A stretch of 64,000 bases of DNA from an uncultured delta proteobacterium (GTDB taxonomy: Bacteria; Desulfobacterota; Binatia; HRBIN30; BPIQ01). The notes under the pieces were generated by a model. The model was not told the DNA's origin and did no database searches. It saw only the letters and a list, made by a program, of their open reading frames with translations. This document shows, one piece after another, positions 49,556 to 58,720 of the stretch. Each line of letters starts with the position of its first letter. Positions within the stretch are counted from its first letter, which is position 1. The stretch lies in the NCBI GenBank assembly GCA_963761335.1, contig CAVXGR010000011.1, positions 224,001 through 288,000 of the forward strand. Reading direction: 5' to 3'. The position numbers and the translations under genes are program-made.

Positions 49556-49810
49556 ATGGCAAAGGTGATCGTCTACACCACGAACTTCTGCCCATACTGC
49601 ACGCGCGCCAAGAGGCTCCTGGCGAGCAAGGGCGTCGACTACGAGGAGATCGACGTTACCGACCAGGACGAGGTGCGCGCCGAGCTGGTGCGCAACACGG
49701 GGCGGCGCACGGTGCCGCAGATCTTCATCAACGAGGCCTCCATCGGCGGCTTCGAGGAGCTCAAGGAGCTCGACGACCGGGGCGAGCTCGACGTTCTCCT
49801 CGCCGGTTGA
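49556..49810 (+). CDS. grxC: Glutaredoxin 3
   Basis: CPYC, TVPQIFI and IGG. Confidence 0.92.
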   Translation: MAKVIVYTTNFCPYCTRAKRLLASKGVDYEEIDVTDQDEVRAELVRNTGRRTVPQIFINEASIGGFEELKELDDRGELDVLLAG

Positions 49811-49878
49811 GCCGGCCGGGGGCCCCGGGGCTCGAGGCGGCGTTGTGCCCGCCGGAAGGCGATGGTAGACCCGCCCGC

Positions 49879-50442
49879 ATGCCTGAGGACAGGGCGGCCA
49901 AGCAGGCGGAGTTCGCCGAATGGGCGCTGCCTCACCTGGACCACATCCACAACGCCAGTCGCTACCTGGCGCGCAATCCGGATGATGCGGACGACCTCTT
50001 CCAGGAGACCTTCCTGCGGGCGTACCGTTTCTGGCATCAGTTCACTCCCGGAACCAACTGCCGCGCCTGGCTGCTGACTATTCTCTACAATACCTTCCGC
50101 AACCGCCATCGCGACCGCTTTCGGCAACAGGCGACCGTCGACATCGACGACATCGACCTGCTCGTCGATCCCGCCGAGACCGGCGCCAGCTCTCCCACCC
50201 CCGAGCGACTGGTTCTGGATCGCCTGCTCGACGACGAGGTGCAAGAGGCGATGCAGCAGCTGCCGCCGGACTTTCTCCAGGTGGTCATGCTGGTCGACAT
50301 GCAGGAGCTGAGCTACGAGGAGGCGGCCGCCGTGCTCGAATGCCCGATCGGCACGGTGCGCTCGCGCCTGTCCCGCGGCCGCCGCCTGCTCTATCGGTCG
50401 CTGGAGGCCTACGCCCGCGACCGCGGCTATCTGCGGCGGTGA
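49879..50442 (+). CDS. ECF sigma factor (SigH/SigR-like)
   Basis: DADDLFQETFLRAY, GTNCRAWL and GTVRSRLSRGR; no adjacent anti-sigma seen. Confidence 0.9.
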   Translation: MPEDRAAKQAEFAEWALPHLDHIHNASRYLARNPDDADDLFQETFLRAYRFWHQFTPGTNCRAWLLTILYNTFRNRHRDRFRQQATVDIDDIDLLVDPAETGASSPTPERLVLDRLLDDEVQEAMQQLPPDFLQVVMLVDMQELSYEEAAAVLECPIGTVRSRLSRGRRLLYRSLEAYARDRGYLRR

Positions 50443-50456
50443 GGCGCGGAACGCCG

Positions 50457-50606
50457 CTCATTCTCCGTTCTCATTCCCGGTTCTCGTCCCGTCGTTTTCC
50501 ATTGCTCTGCGAGCCCCGGCAAAACCGATCCGCTACGGGTTACCCGCGGCTACCAGAACGAATGGAAAACGACGGGACGAGAACCGGGAATGAGAACCGG
50601 GAATGG
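50457..50606. repeat. Family-D palindromic repeat
   Basis: TTCTCATTCCCGGTTCTCGTCCCGTCGTTTTCCATT ... AATGGAAAACGACGGGACGAGAACCGGGAATGAGAA. Confidence 0.85.
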
Positions 50607-50687
50607 GGACTCCTCGGCGATCCGCCCTCCTGGGATCCTCCCCCCGAGAGTTGCAGACCCTCCATCCTTCCGGAATAAGGGAGCATC

Positions 50688-51281
50688 GTGGCACAAAAGA
50701 AATCGCGCAAGGCGGCTCCCGAAAAGCCGCCCAAGGCCTCGTCGGGAGGCGCCGTGCCGCCGCCTCCCGCTACCGGCAGAGAGTTTCGCCGCTTCGTCCT
50801 CCGCTTCCTCGGCAGCCTGCTGCTCTTCAGCATGCTGTTCACCGTCACCAACATCCAAAATCACCTCTCGCCCCTGGAGAACGCCATCGCCGCGGGCACC
50901 GCGCTCGGCGCCCGCGCCGTGGGTGTCGGGGTGACGCGCACCGGCAACTCCCTCGCGGTCACCGGCGGCTTCCACATCGAGATCAACCACGAGTGCACCG
51001 CCTTCTTCGTGCTGATGATCTACGGCGCCTTCCTGCTCGCCTACCCGGCGACTCCGTGGGAGCGGCTGCGCGGCTTCCTCATCGGCATCGTCGTGCTCAT
51101 GGCGGTCAACGTCGCGCGGCTCATCGGCCTGGTCATCGTCGTCGACTGGCGACCATCGATGTTCGATTACTTCCACGAGTACTTCTTCCAGGTGATGTTC
51201 CTCGGCCTGATCACGGTGCTCGCGCACCGCTGGCTGGCAACGCTCAAGGTGCAGCGTGACGTCCTGGTCCTTCCTGGTTAA
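50688..51281 (+). CDS. Exosortase/archaeosortase family membrane transpeptidase
   Basis: Cys-Arg-His triad in family context: IEINHEC, NVARL and FDYFH. Confidence 0.78.
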   Translation: MAQKKSRKAAPEKPPKASSGGAVPPPPATGREFRRFVLRFLGSLLLFSMLFTVTNIQNHLSPLENAIAAGTALGARAVGVGVTRTGNSLAVTGGFHIEINHECTAFFVLMIYGAFLLAYPATPWERLRGFLIGIVVLMAVNVARLIGLVIVVDWRPSMFDYFHEYFFQVMFLGLITVLAHRWLATLKVQRDVLVLPG

Positions 51282-51750
51282 GTTCGGCCTCTGGTCGGCG
51301 GCCGCCTTCACGCTGTGGAGCCTCGCCCTCGCCGGCTGGTACGTGCACCTGATCGCCGCCATCGGGCCGCACGTGAGCGCCCTCATCGGCGCCCGGCCGG
51401 AGATTCAGGGCAGCGGCCGCGCCACGCAGGTGCTGTTCCAGACGGCCAACGGTCCGGTCGGGCTCCATCTGGAGACGGCCGCCCTCGGCCTGCTGCCCTT
51501 CTACGCCCTGCTCGGCGCCACCGGCTGGCAGACGCCGCTCCAGCGTCTCGCCGAAGCAGCCGTGGGCACCGTAGTGTTCGTCGTCTTCCACCTGACGCTG
51601 TTCATCGCCTATCCCTTCTTTCTCAACCACAGCGGCGTGGTGGTCGATTCGCTCGGCGCCTTCTGGGCCATCCTCGGCTACTGCGGCTTCCCCTTCCTGC
51701 TCTGGCTGGTGGTCCTGCGCTTCGGTGGGCAGCGCCCCCAGCCGGCGTAA
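51256..51750 (+). CDS. Exosortase-associated membrane protein
   Basis: Multi-TM ORF overlapping the exosortase gene. Confidence 0.6.
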   Translation: MTSWSFLVKFGLWSAAAFTLWSLALAGWYVHLIAAIGPHVSALIGARPEIQGSGRATQVLFQTANGPVGLHLETAALGLLPFYALLGATGWQTPLQRLAEAAVGTVVFVVFHLTLFIAYPFFLNHSGVVVDSLGAFWAILGYCGFPFLLWLVVLRFGGQRPQPA

Positions 51751-51751
51751 A

Positions 51752-51828
51752 GGGGACAGGCACTTTTTCGGGCGACGAACCCCGTCGGTTCGCTGAAGCG
51801 CTATTGCGCCGAAAAGGAGCCCGTCCCC
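51752..51828. repeat. Family-H palindromic repeat
   Basis: AGGGGACAGGCACTTTTTCGG...CCGAAAAGGAGCCCGTCCCC. Confidence 0.7.
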
Positions 51829-51838
51829 ATCCCGGGGC

Positions 51839-53080
51839 TCAGACCAGCCAGAAGGCGACGGCGCCGGTGGCGGCGACGGCGCTCATGCGCAGCAACACCT
51901 TGCGGCCCATCGGCCGCGCCCCGAGGATCACGACCAGGGCGGTCTTGGAAACCGTGTTGGCGATCAGCGCCAACAGGATGGTGCGCACCGCCATCTCGAC
52001 TGCGGTGCCGCTGCCGGCCATGCGCGCCGCCGACAGCGTGATGGCGTCGACGTCGGCGAGGCCGGAGATGGAAGCGGTGACGTAGAGCCCGGCGGCGCCG
52101 TAGGTCGCCTGCGCCGCCCGCGCGATGAAGGAGATGGCGGCGAAGGCGGCGGCGAACTGGATGGCCTGGGTGAGCGCGAAGGGGTTGTGGAACACCGGCT
52201 CGCTGGCCGGCTCCTCGGCTCCCTGACCGCGGAGCAGGGGCACGCACACGGCAATCGCCACCGCGGCCATCGCCGCCAGCGGCGCGCCGAGCGCGGCGAG
52301 GAGCCCCGGCTGCACGATGCCGACCACCACCAGGACGCGCGGCAGCATGACCGCCGAGGCGATGAGCACCGAGGAGGCCAGCAGCCCCGAGGGCGCCCCC
52401 GGCTCGCGACTGCGCTGGGCGGCGGCCAGGGTCACCGCCGTGCTCGACACCAGCCCTCCGAGAGCGGCGGCCACCGCCAGCCCGCGCCGCGCGCCCAGCA
52501 CCTCCATGAAGATGTAGCCCAGGAAACTGATCCCTGATATCAAAACCACCATGAGCCAGATCTCGTACGGGTTCAGCGCACCAAAGGGTCCGTAGGCCCG
52601 ATTGGGGAGGACGGGCAGCACGACGAAGGTGATGAGCGCGAACTTGAGCGTGGCGTGCAGGTCCTCGGTGCTGATGCGCCGGGCGAACTCGTGCAGCGGC
52701 GTCTTGAGCGAGAGAATCAGAGCCACCACGATGGCGCTGGCGACTCCGAGGCTCATGGCGCCGCGGGCGATGATGGCGCCGAGCAGAAAGGTGATGATCC
52801 CGGCGACCTCGGTGGTCATCCCCGGATCGCGCTCCAGCTCGGCGGCGTACGAGAGCAGCAGCAGGCCGGCGACCGCCGCCAGCGCCACCGCCATCAGCCA
52901 CCAGCCGACCATCTCGCCGAGCACCGCCGACAGCGCCCCGGCGAAGGCGATCAGCGTCATGGTGCGCACCCCCGCAAAAGGGGCGCGCTCGCGCTGGCGC
53001 ACGAACTCGCGCTCGAGGCCGATCAGGGCACCGCACAGCAGCGCCACGATCAGTCTCTGTCCGATCTCCAGCAGGGACAT
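51839..53080 (-). CDS. MgtC/SapB family membrane protein with DUF4010 domain
   Basis: GALIGLERE, AGVRT, GMTTE, GGLVSSTAVT and GLADVDAI. Confidence 0.88.
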   Translation of the reverse strand: MSLLEIGQRLIVALLCGALIGLEREFVRQRERAPFAGVRTMTLIAFAGALSAVLGEMVGWWLMAVALAAVAGLLLLSYAAELERDPGMTTEVAGIITFLLGAIIARGAMSLGVASAIVVALILSLKTPLHEFARRISTEDLHATLKFALITFVVLPVLPNRAYGPFGALNPYEIWLMVVLISGISFLGYIFMEVLGARRGLAVAAALGGLVSSTAVTLAAAQRSREPGAPSGLLASSVLIASAVMLPRVLVVVGIVQPGLLAALGAPLAAMAAVAIAVCVPLLRGQGAEEPASEPVFHNPFALTQAIQFAAAFAAISFIARAAQATYGAAGLYVTASISGLADVDAITLSAARMAGSGTAVEMAVRTILLALIANTVSKTALVVILGARPMGRKVLLRMSAVAATGAVAFWLV

Positions 53081-53137
53081 GGGCGCCCTTCCTCTATGCC
53101 CAGGCGCGCCGAGCCACAAGGCGCGGCGAACGGCCCG

Positions 53138-55009
53138 ATGAAGCGCTCGCCGCTGCTGCGCTTTCTCGGCTACGTGCGGCCGCACGCCTGGCTGATCGCC
53201 GGCGCTGCCGTCTCGGGTGTCTTGAAGTTCGTCCTCCCCCTGATCTTCCCACTCTTCCTCAAGTACCTGTGCGACGTCGTCCTCGGCCGCGACGTGCACG
53301 CCGCCGGCGAGACCACCAACCTCTGGCTCGGCCGGTGGTGCGAGCACCTGGTGCACCTCTTCCCGTGGCTCGGCAGCGGCATGCGCGGCCATCTCGACGC
53401 CATCGGCCTCACCTTCGCCGCGGTCACCGCAGTCCTCGCCGTGGTCTCCTTCTTCCGCAGCTACCTCGCCGGCAAGGCCGGCCACCGCCTGATCTTCGAT
53501 CTCCGCTACGCGCTCTACCAGCACATCCAGACGATGTCCCACTCGTTCTTCGACGAGCGGCGCTCGGGCGCCATCGTGGCGCGCTTCGTCAGCGACATTC
53601 AGCTGGCGCAGAACTTCGTCGGCTCGGCGCTCACCAATGTGTGGATGGACGGCTTCTCGCTCGGCTTCGTCATCTGGATTCTGTTCGTGCTGCAGCCGCG
53701 CCTGGCGTGGGTCGCCATCGTCGTCCTGCCGCTCTACATCGGGCTGATCCGCTACTTCTCCCCGCGCATCAAGGCCGCCAGCCGCGAGGTGCAGGAGATG
53801 ACCGCCGACCTCTCCGGCGAGCTGCACGAAAAGATCGCGGCCATCAGCGTGGTCAAGGCGTTCGGTCGCGAGCCGCAGGAGGCGCGCCGCTTCCACCGCA
53901 CCAGCCGCAACCTGTTCGACATGACCATGCGCAACGTCACGCTCTCGGCGGCGAACCAGGCGGCGACCGGCTGGATCACCACGGCGGCGCCGCTGGCCGT
54001 CGTCTGGGTCGCCGGCTGGATGGTTCTCGACGGCGGTCTGACGGTCGGTACCCTCATCGCCTTCTACGCCTATCTCGGCAGCCTCTATCTTCCCCTGCAG
54101 CGCTTCAGCGAGCTCAGCGTCGTGGTGAGCAACTCGCTCGCCGCGATCGAGCGCATCTTCGAGTTCTTCGACATCGCCCCGGAGGTCTACGACCGCCCGG
54201 ACGCCATCGATCTGCGCCGCGCTCGCGGGCGGGTGGAGTTTCGGCGGGCCTGCTTCGCCTATCCGCGCGGCGGCGCCGCCCGTCTGGCGCTGCGCGACGT
54301 CGACCTGCGGATCGAGCCCGGCGAGGTCATCGCCATCGTCGGTCGCAGCGGCGCCGGCAAGTCGACCTTCGTCTCCCTGATCCCGCGCTTCTACGACGTG
54401 CAGAGCGGCGCCGTCTCCATCGATGGACACGACGTCCGCGACCTCCGCCTGCGCTCGCTGCGCGAGCAGATCGGCATCGTGCTGCAGGACCCGGTGCTGT
54501 TCAGCGGCACGCTGCGCGAGAACCTGCTCTACGGCCGCCCGGAGGCGAGCAACCGCGAGCTCAAGGCGGCCGCCCACGCCGCCAACGCCGACGAGTTCAT
54601 CGACGACCTGCCCGACGGCTACATGACACTGATCGGCGAGCGCGGGGTTCGGCTGTCCGGAGGACAGCGGCAGCGCATCGCCATCGCCCGCACCTTTCTG
54701 AAGAATCCGCCGATTCTCATCCTCGACGAGGCCACCTCGGCGCTCGACTCCGAATCCGAGAATCTCATCCACGACGCCCTGCGCCGGCTGATGCGGGGGC
54801 GGACGGCGTTCATCATCGCCCATCGGCTCTCGACCGTGGTCAGCGCCGACCGCATCGTCGTTCTGCAGAACGGCGCCATCGCCGAGATCGGCCAACACGA
54901 CGAGCTGCTGCTGGCGGGTGGTCTGTACGCGCAGCTCTACGAGGAGCAGTTCCGCGTCTTCGGCGATCGGCTGCCGCAGGCGCGGCGCGCCGCCGGGGAG
55001 CCGGCGTGA
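53138..55009 (+). CDS. MsbA/Sav1866-like ABC exporter (TMD+NBD)
   Basis: TMD followed by GRSGAGKST, LSGGQRQR, LDEATSALD and AHRLST. Confidence 0.93.
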   Translation: MKRSPLLRFLGYVRPHAWLIAGAAVSGVLKFVLPLIFPLFLKYLCDVVLGRDVHAAGETTNLWLGRWCEHLVHLFPWLGSGMRGHLDAIGLTFAAVTAVLAVVSFFRSYLAGKAGHRLIFDLRYALYQHIQTMSHSFFDERRSGAIVARFVSDIQLAQNFVGSALTNVWMDGFSLGFVIWILFVLQPRLAWVAIVVLPLYIGLIRYFSPRIKAASREVQEMTADLSGELHEKIAAISVVKAFGREPQEARRFHRTSRNLFDMTMRNVTLSAANQAATGWITTAAPLAVVWVAGWMVLDGGLTVGTLIAFYAYLGSLYLPLQRFSELSVVVSNSLAAIERIFEFFDIAPEVYDRPDAIDLRRARGRVEFRRACFAYPRGGAARLALRDVDLRIEPGEVIAIVGRSGAGKSTFVSLIPRFYDVQSGAVSIDGHDVRDLRLRSLREQIGIVLQDPVLFSGTLRENLLYGRPEASNRELKAAAHAANADEFIDDLPDGYMTLIGERGVRLSGGQRQRIAIARTFLKNPPILILDEATSALDSESENLIHDALRRLMRGRTAFIIAHRLSTVVSADRIVVLQNGAIAEIGQHDELLLAGGLYAQLYEEQFRVFGDRLPQARRAAGEPA

Positions 55010-55422
55010 TCGAGGTGCCCGCCGACATTCTCGGTCGAGAGTTCGATCTCGGCATCGTCGAGGTCACCGCCGAGATGATCGCCGACTTCGCCCGCGCCGT
55101 CGACAGCGATGCGCTTCTCGCCGATGCGAGCGGTGAAGCGCCGGCCACCTTCTGTCTGAGCCTGCACCGCGGCATGACGCCGGAGGTGCCGCTGCCGCCG
55201 GACTGCTTCGGCGTGTACGGCGGCCACGACATCGAGGTTCTCCGGCCGATCCGCGCCGGCAACAGCTATCGCCTCAGTGCCCGCATCGTCGACAGCTTCG
55301 AGAAGAGCGGCCGCAGCGGCCCGCTGGCGGTGATCGCGCGGGAGGTGGTGATCCGCGAGGCGGGCGGCGAGATCGCGGTGCGCATCCAGGAGCGGCAGAT
55401 GGTGCGCCGCCGGCCGCACTGA
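55006..55422 (+). CDS. MaoC-like (FAS1 dehydratase N-type) hot-dog protein
   Basis: IADFARAV, APATF, RPIRAG and EKSGRSG pattern; GTG overlaps the ABC stop. Confidence 0.7.
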   Translation: MIEVPADILGREFDLGIVEVTAEMIADFARAVDSDALLADASGEAPATFCLSLHRGMTPEVPLPPDCFGVYGGHDIEVLRPIRAGNSYRLSARIVDSFEKSGRSGPLAVIAREVVIREAGGEIAVRIQERQMVRRRPH

Positions 55423-55431
55423 GGCAGGGCC

Positions 55432-55833
55432 GTGGACCTCGGCGACGAGCTCGGACCGCTGCGGCGGACGGCACCACAGGCGGCGCAGATCGAAGCCTAC
55501 TTCGGCGCCGCAGTGATGAAGGAGCGCATCTTCTCCGACGCCGTCCACGCCACCCGTCTGGGCTTCCGCGGCATCGTCGTCCCCGGCCCGATGCTGGCGG
55601 CCCTGCTCGAGGAGTTTCTGCGGCGCCAGCTGCCGGACTGGCACGTCGAGATCTTCAGCACCACCTTTCGCATGCCGACCATCGCCGGCGACACCATCTC
55701 CCTGCGCGGCCTGATCACCGAGCACCACCGCCGCCAGCAAGGCGAGCGGTTGGTCTGCGACCTGATGATCGAGCACGAGAGCGGGGAGGTTGCCGTCATC
55801 GGCACGGCGACTTTGAGACAGGGGTCGAGGTGA
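55432..55833 (+). CDS. MaoC-like hot-dog protein
   Basis: LGDELGPL, A..LGF.GIVVPG and FRMP..AGD pattern. Confidence 0.7.
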   Translation: MDLGDELGPLRRTAPQAAQIEAYFGAAVMKERIFSDAVHATRLGFRGIVVPGPMLAALLEEFLRRQLPDWHVEIFSTTFRMPTIAGDTISLRGLITEHHRRQQGERLVCDLMIEHESGEVAVIGTATLRQGSR

Positions 55834-55876
55834 ACCGGGGGCTTGGTTTCTCGGTGGCGCGTGTCTCAAGACCAAA

Positions 55877-55926
55877 GTAGAAGCACCGTCCCGGCGCTTC
55901 CCGAAGCGGCGAGACGCCGCTTCTAC
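55877..55926. repeat. GTAG-type REP doublet (family A, copy 3)
   Basis: GTAGAAGCACCGTCCCGGCGCTTCCCGAAGCGGCGAGACGCCGCTTCTAC between convergent genes. Confidence 0.85.
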
Positions 55927-55952
55927 TTGGCCCGCGGGCCGGCGGACCCGCT

Positions 55953-56930
55953 CTACGGCACCAGGATCACCTTGCCCACCGTCTGCTGGCTCTCGATGCG
56001 CGCCTGTGCGCGCGCCGCGTCGGCGAGGGGCACGGTCTCGATCGGTAGGTAGATCTCTCCGGACATCAACGCCGAGAACAGCTGCCGGTAGGCGTCGGGG
56101 ATCTGCTCGAGGTGCGCCTGAATGGTCGCACCGAGGAAGTAGGTGCGCAGCCCCAGATTGCGGCTGGAGCGCAGCCACGACTGCAATGACTCCGGCGGCG
56201 GATCGCCGGCGGCATGGCCGAACAGCACGACCGTGCCGTCGACCGCAGCCATGTCGAAGCTGCGGCCGAAGTGCGGGCCGGCCACCGAGTCATAGACGAC
56301 ATCCGCGCCGCGCCCGCCGGTGAGCGCCTGCAGGCGCGCCACCGGATCCTCCTGGCGGTAGTCGATGGTATGCGTGTAGCCCGCGCGGCGGGCGATCTCG
56401 GCCTTTGCCGGCGAGCTCACCAGGCCGATGCTGGTGGCACCGATCTTCTTCAGCAGGCCGCCCATGAAGCAGCCGACGCTGCCGGCGGCCGCGTGCGCCA
56501 CGGCTGTCGTCTGCCGGCCGACGGAAACCACTTGGTGAGTCAGGAAGTACGCCGTGAGCCCGGCCACCGGGCAAGCGGCGGCGAGCTCGAAGGAGAGGCC
56601 ATCGGGAATCGGGACGGCGAGGGCGGCCATGACCAGCGTCTTCTCCGCATACGCGCCGTTGACGTTGATGCCGAGAATGCGGTCGCCGGTGCGAATATGG
56701 TCGACTCCGTCGCCCACGGCGTCGACCACTCCGGCGAAATCGCTGCCGGGGATCACCGGCAGCGGCACGTCGGGCTCGTCGCCGCGCCGCGTGTTGATGT
56801 CGTGGAAGTTGATGGCGATGGCGCGGTTGCGCAGGCGTACGAATCCCGGCAAGGGCTCCGGCTCCGGCACGTCGACGAGCTGCAGAACCTCGGGCCCGCC
56901 GATGCGTGTCATGTGTATGGCTCTCATCAA
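55953..56930 (-). CDS. NADPH:quinone oxidoreductase (zeta-crystallin/MDR family)
   Basis: GGPEVL, PGSDFAGVV, HAAAGSVG, DVVYDSV and GKVIL. Confidence 0.9.
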   Translation of the reverse strand: MMRAIHMTRIGGPEVLQLVDVPEPEPLPGFVRLRNRAIAINFHDINTRRGDEPDVPLPVIPGSDFAGVVDAVGDGVDHIRTGDRILGINVNGAYAEKTLVMAALAVPIPDGLSFELAAACPVAGLTAYFLTHQVVSVGRQTTAVAHAAAGSVGCFMGGLLKKIGATSIGLVSSPAKAEIARRAGYTHTIDYRQEDPVARLQALTGGRGADVVYDSVAGPHFGRSFDMAAVDGTVVLFGHAAGDPPPESLQSWLRSSRNLGLRTYFLGATIQAHLEQIPDAYRQLFSALMSGEIYLPIETVPLADAARAQARIESQQTVGKVILVP

Positions 56931-57056
56931 CCTCTACCTCTGGCTCTCATCGAGGACGGCCGCGACCAAGACCTGAGCGCGGCTTTTCAGCGGCCGAAAC
57001 GCCCGCGTCTAGCACGCCGCACCGTGCGGGTCGAGGGCGGCGGATCGGCGTGTGGA

Positions 57057-58547
57057 TCACCGCCAGTCGCAGCAGACGTCGCAGGCGCGGCAACGAGGCC
57101 CGGCGGCGGCATCGCCAAAGTAGCGAAGCAGCATCTGCCGCCGGCAGGAGCGGCCGGTGGCGTAGCGCTCCATCTGCCCGAGGCGCGCGTACTCGCGTTC
57201 CAGACGGTGCTCGAGCGCCGCGAAGTCCACCGGCAGCTCGTGCGGATGCACGCGCACTCGCAGGCGCCAAGCGGGCCGGGATGTGCCGCGATGCAGCGGA
57301 GCGATCACCCCGGCGTCGCGCAGGATGCGCAGCGCCGAGGTAATCGCCATCTCGCTGGCATAGCGCGACAGCGATTCCTGGATCTGGCGCGGAGACAGGG
57401 CCACCGTCTGGCCACCGGCGCCGAGCAGGGCGGCATAGACTCCGGACACCACTTCCGACGGCGGGTGGCTGCCCTCGATGAAGAACTCGCTGAGGCGGCG
57501 GTCCTCGCAGCCGTAGAGGAGAACGCCGTAGGCCGGCTTGCCGTCGCGGCCGGCGCGCCCCGCCTCCTGATAGTAGCTCTCCAGCGCCGCCGGCATCATG
57601 TGGTGCACGACGCAGCGCACGTCGCGCTTGTCGATGCCCATACCGAAGGCGTTGGTGGCGACGATGGCGGCGCATCGCCCGGAGAGAAAATCCTCCTGGG
57701 CGCGGCTGCGGTCGGCGACCTCCATGCCGGCGTGATAACGGGCAGCCGCGACGCGCTCGCCTCGCAGGGTCGCGGCCACCATCTCCACCAGCTTGCGCGT
57801 GCCGGTATAGACAATCGCCGGGCCCCGGACACGGCGGACAATGCGCACCACCTCGGACAGCTTGTCCTCATCGGAGTCGCGCCGCCGCACCACCCAGCGC
57901 AGGTTCGGCCGATCGAAGCCCGCCACCCAGATTCTCTCCGGGGCGATGCCGAGCTGCGCGACGATGTCCTGGCGCACCTCCGGCGTCGCCGTCGCCGTCA
58001 GCGCCAGTACCGGCGGCCGGCGCATCGCCGCCAGCGCCTCCCGCAGGCGCAGATAGCTCGGGCGGAAGTCGTGCCCCCACTGCGAGATGCAGTGCGCCTC
58101 GTCGACGGCGACGCGGCTCACGGCGAGGCGCCCGATGCGCTCGACGAAGGCGCCGCTGGAGAACCTCTCCGGAGCGACGTAGACGAGCTTGAAGCGAGCC
58201 GCACTCATCTCTTCCAGGCGCCGCCACAACGAGGCGCCGTCGAGGGAGCTGTTGATGTAGGCCGCCGGCACCCCGAGCCGCGCAATCGCATCCACCTGGT
58301 CCTTCATCAAGGCGATCAGCGGCGAGATGACCAGCGTGATGCCGTCCACCATCAAGGCAGGCAGCTGGTAGCAGAGTGACTTGCCGGCCCCGGTCGGCAT
58401 CACCAGCAGGAGATCTTCGCCGCGCAGGACGGCGCGCACCGCCTCCGCCTGTCCCGGGCGGAACTCCGCAAAGCCGTACTGCTGGCGAAGGTGCCGCCGC
58501 GCTTCCCCGAGATCGTCCTCGCCGGCGGGAAATGTCCGATCTGTCAT
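57057..58547 (-). CDS. recQ: RecQ family helicase (short form, no HRDC)
   Basis: MPTGAGKS, DEAHCISQWGHDFRP, QEAGRAGRDG and CRR...CRACDVC. Confidence 0.92.
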   Translation of the reverse strand: MTDRTFPAGEDDLGEARRHLRQQYGFAEFRPGQAEAVRAVLRGEDLLLVMPTGAGKSLCYQLPALMVDGITLVISPLIALMKDQVDAIARLGVPAAYINSSLDGASLWRRLEEMSAARFKLVYVAPERFSSGAFVERIGRLAVSRVAVDEAHCISQWGHDFRPSYLRLREALAAMRRPPVLALTATATPEVRQDIVAQLGIAPERIWVAGFDRPNLRWVVRRRDSDEDKLSEVVRIVRRVRGPAIVYTGTRKLVEMVAATLRGERVAAARYHAGMEVADRSRAQEDFLSGRCAAIVATNAFGMGIDKRDVRCVVHHMMPAALESYYQEAGRAGRDGKPAYGVLLYGCEDRRLSEFFIEGSHPPSEVVSGVYAALLGAGGQTVALSPRQIQESLSRYASEMAITSALRILRDAGVIAPLHRGTSRPAWRLRVRVHPHELPVDFAALEHRLEREYARLGQMERYATGRSCRRQMLLRYFGDAAAGPRCRACDVCCDWR

Positions 58548-58720
58548 TCGGTCCTCCTTGACCTGGCAGAGAGCCTCCCTTTTCCGGCTGCCGGCGCAGG
58601 TTGTCAAGACGACGACTGGAGTGCGGGAGCCATGCTTGCGCACTCCGCAGCCGTCCTTTCCTCTGATTTCCGTCGCCGCGCACCGCCGTGCTATAGGCCA
58701 GACAGAGGGGGACGCAGCCG

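Noticed and set aside
51839..54898. 1019-aa ORF suggesting a large fusion to the MgtC/DUF4010 protein
   Set aside because: The upstream part is the antisense of the ABC exporter; the real start is the ATG at 53080.
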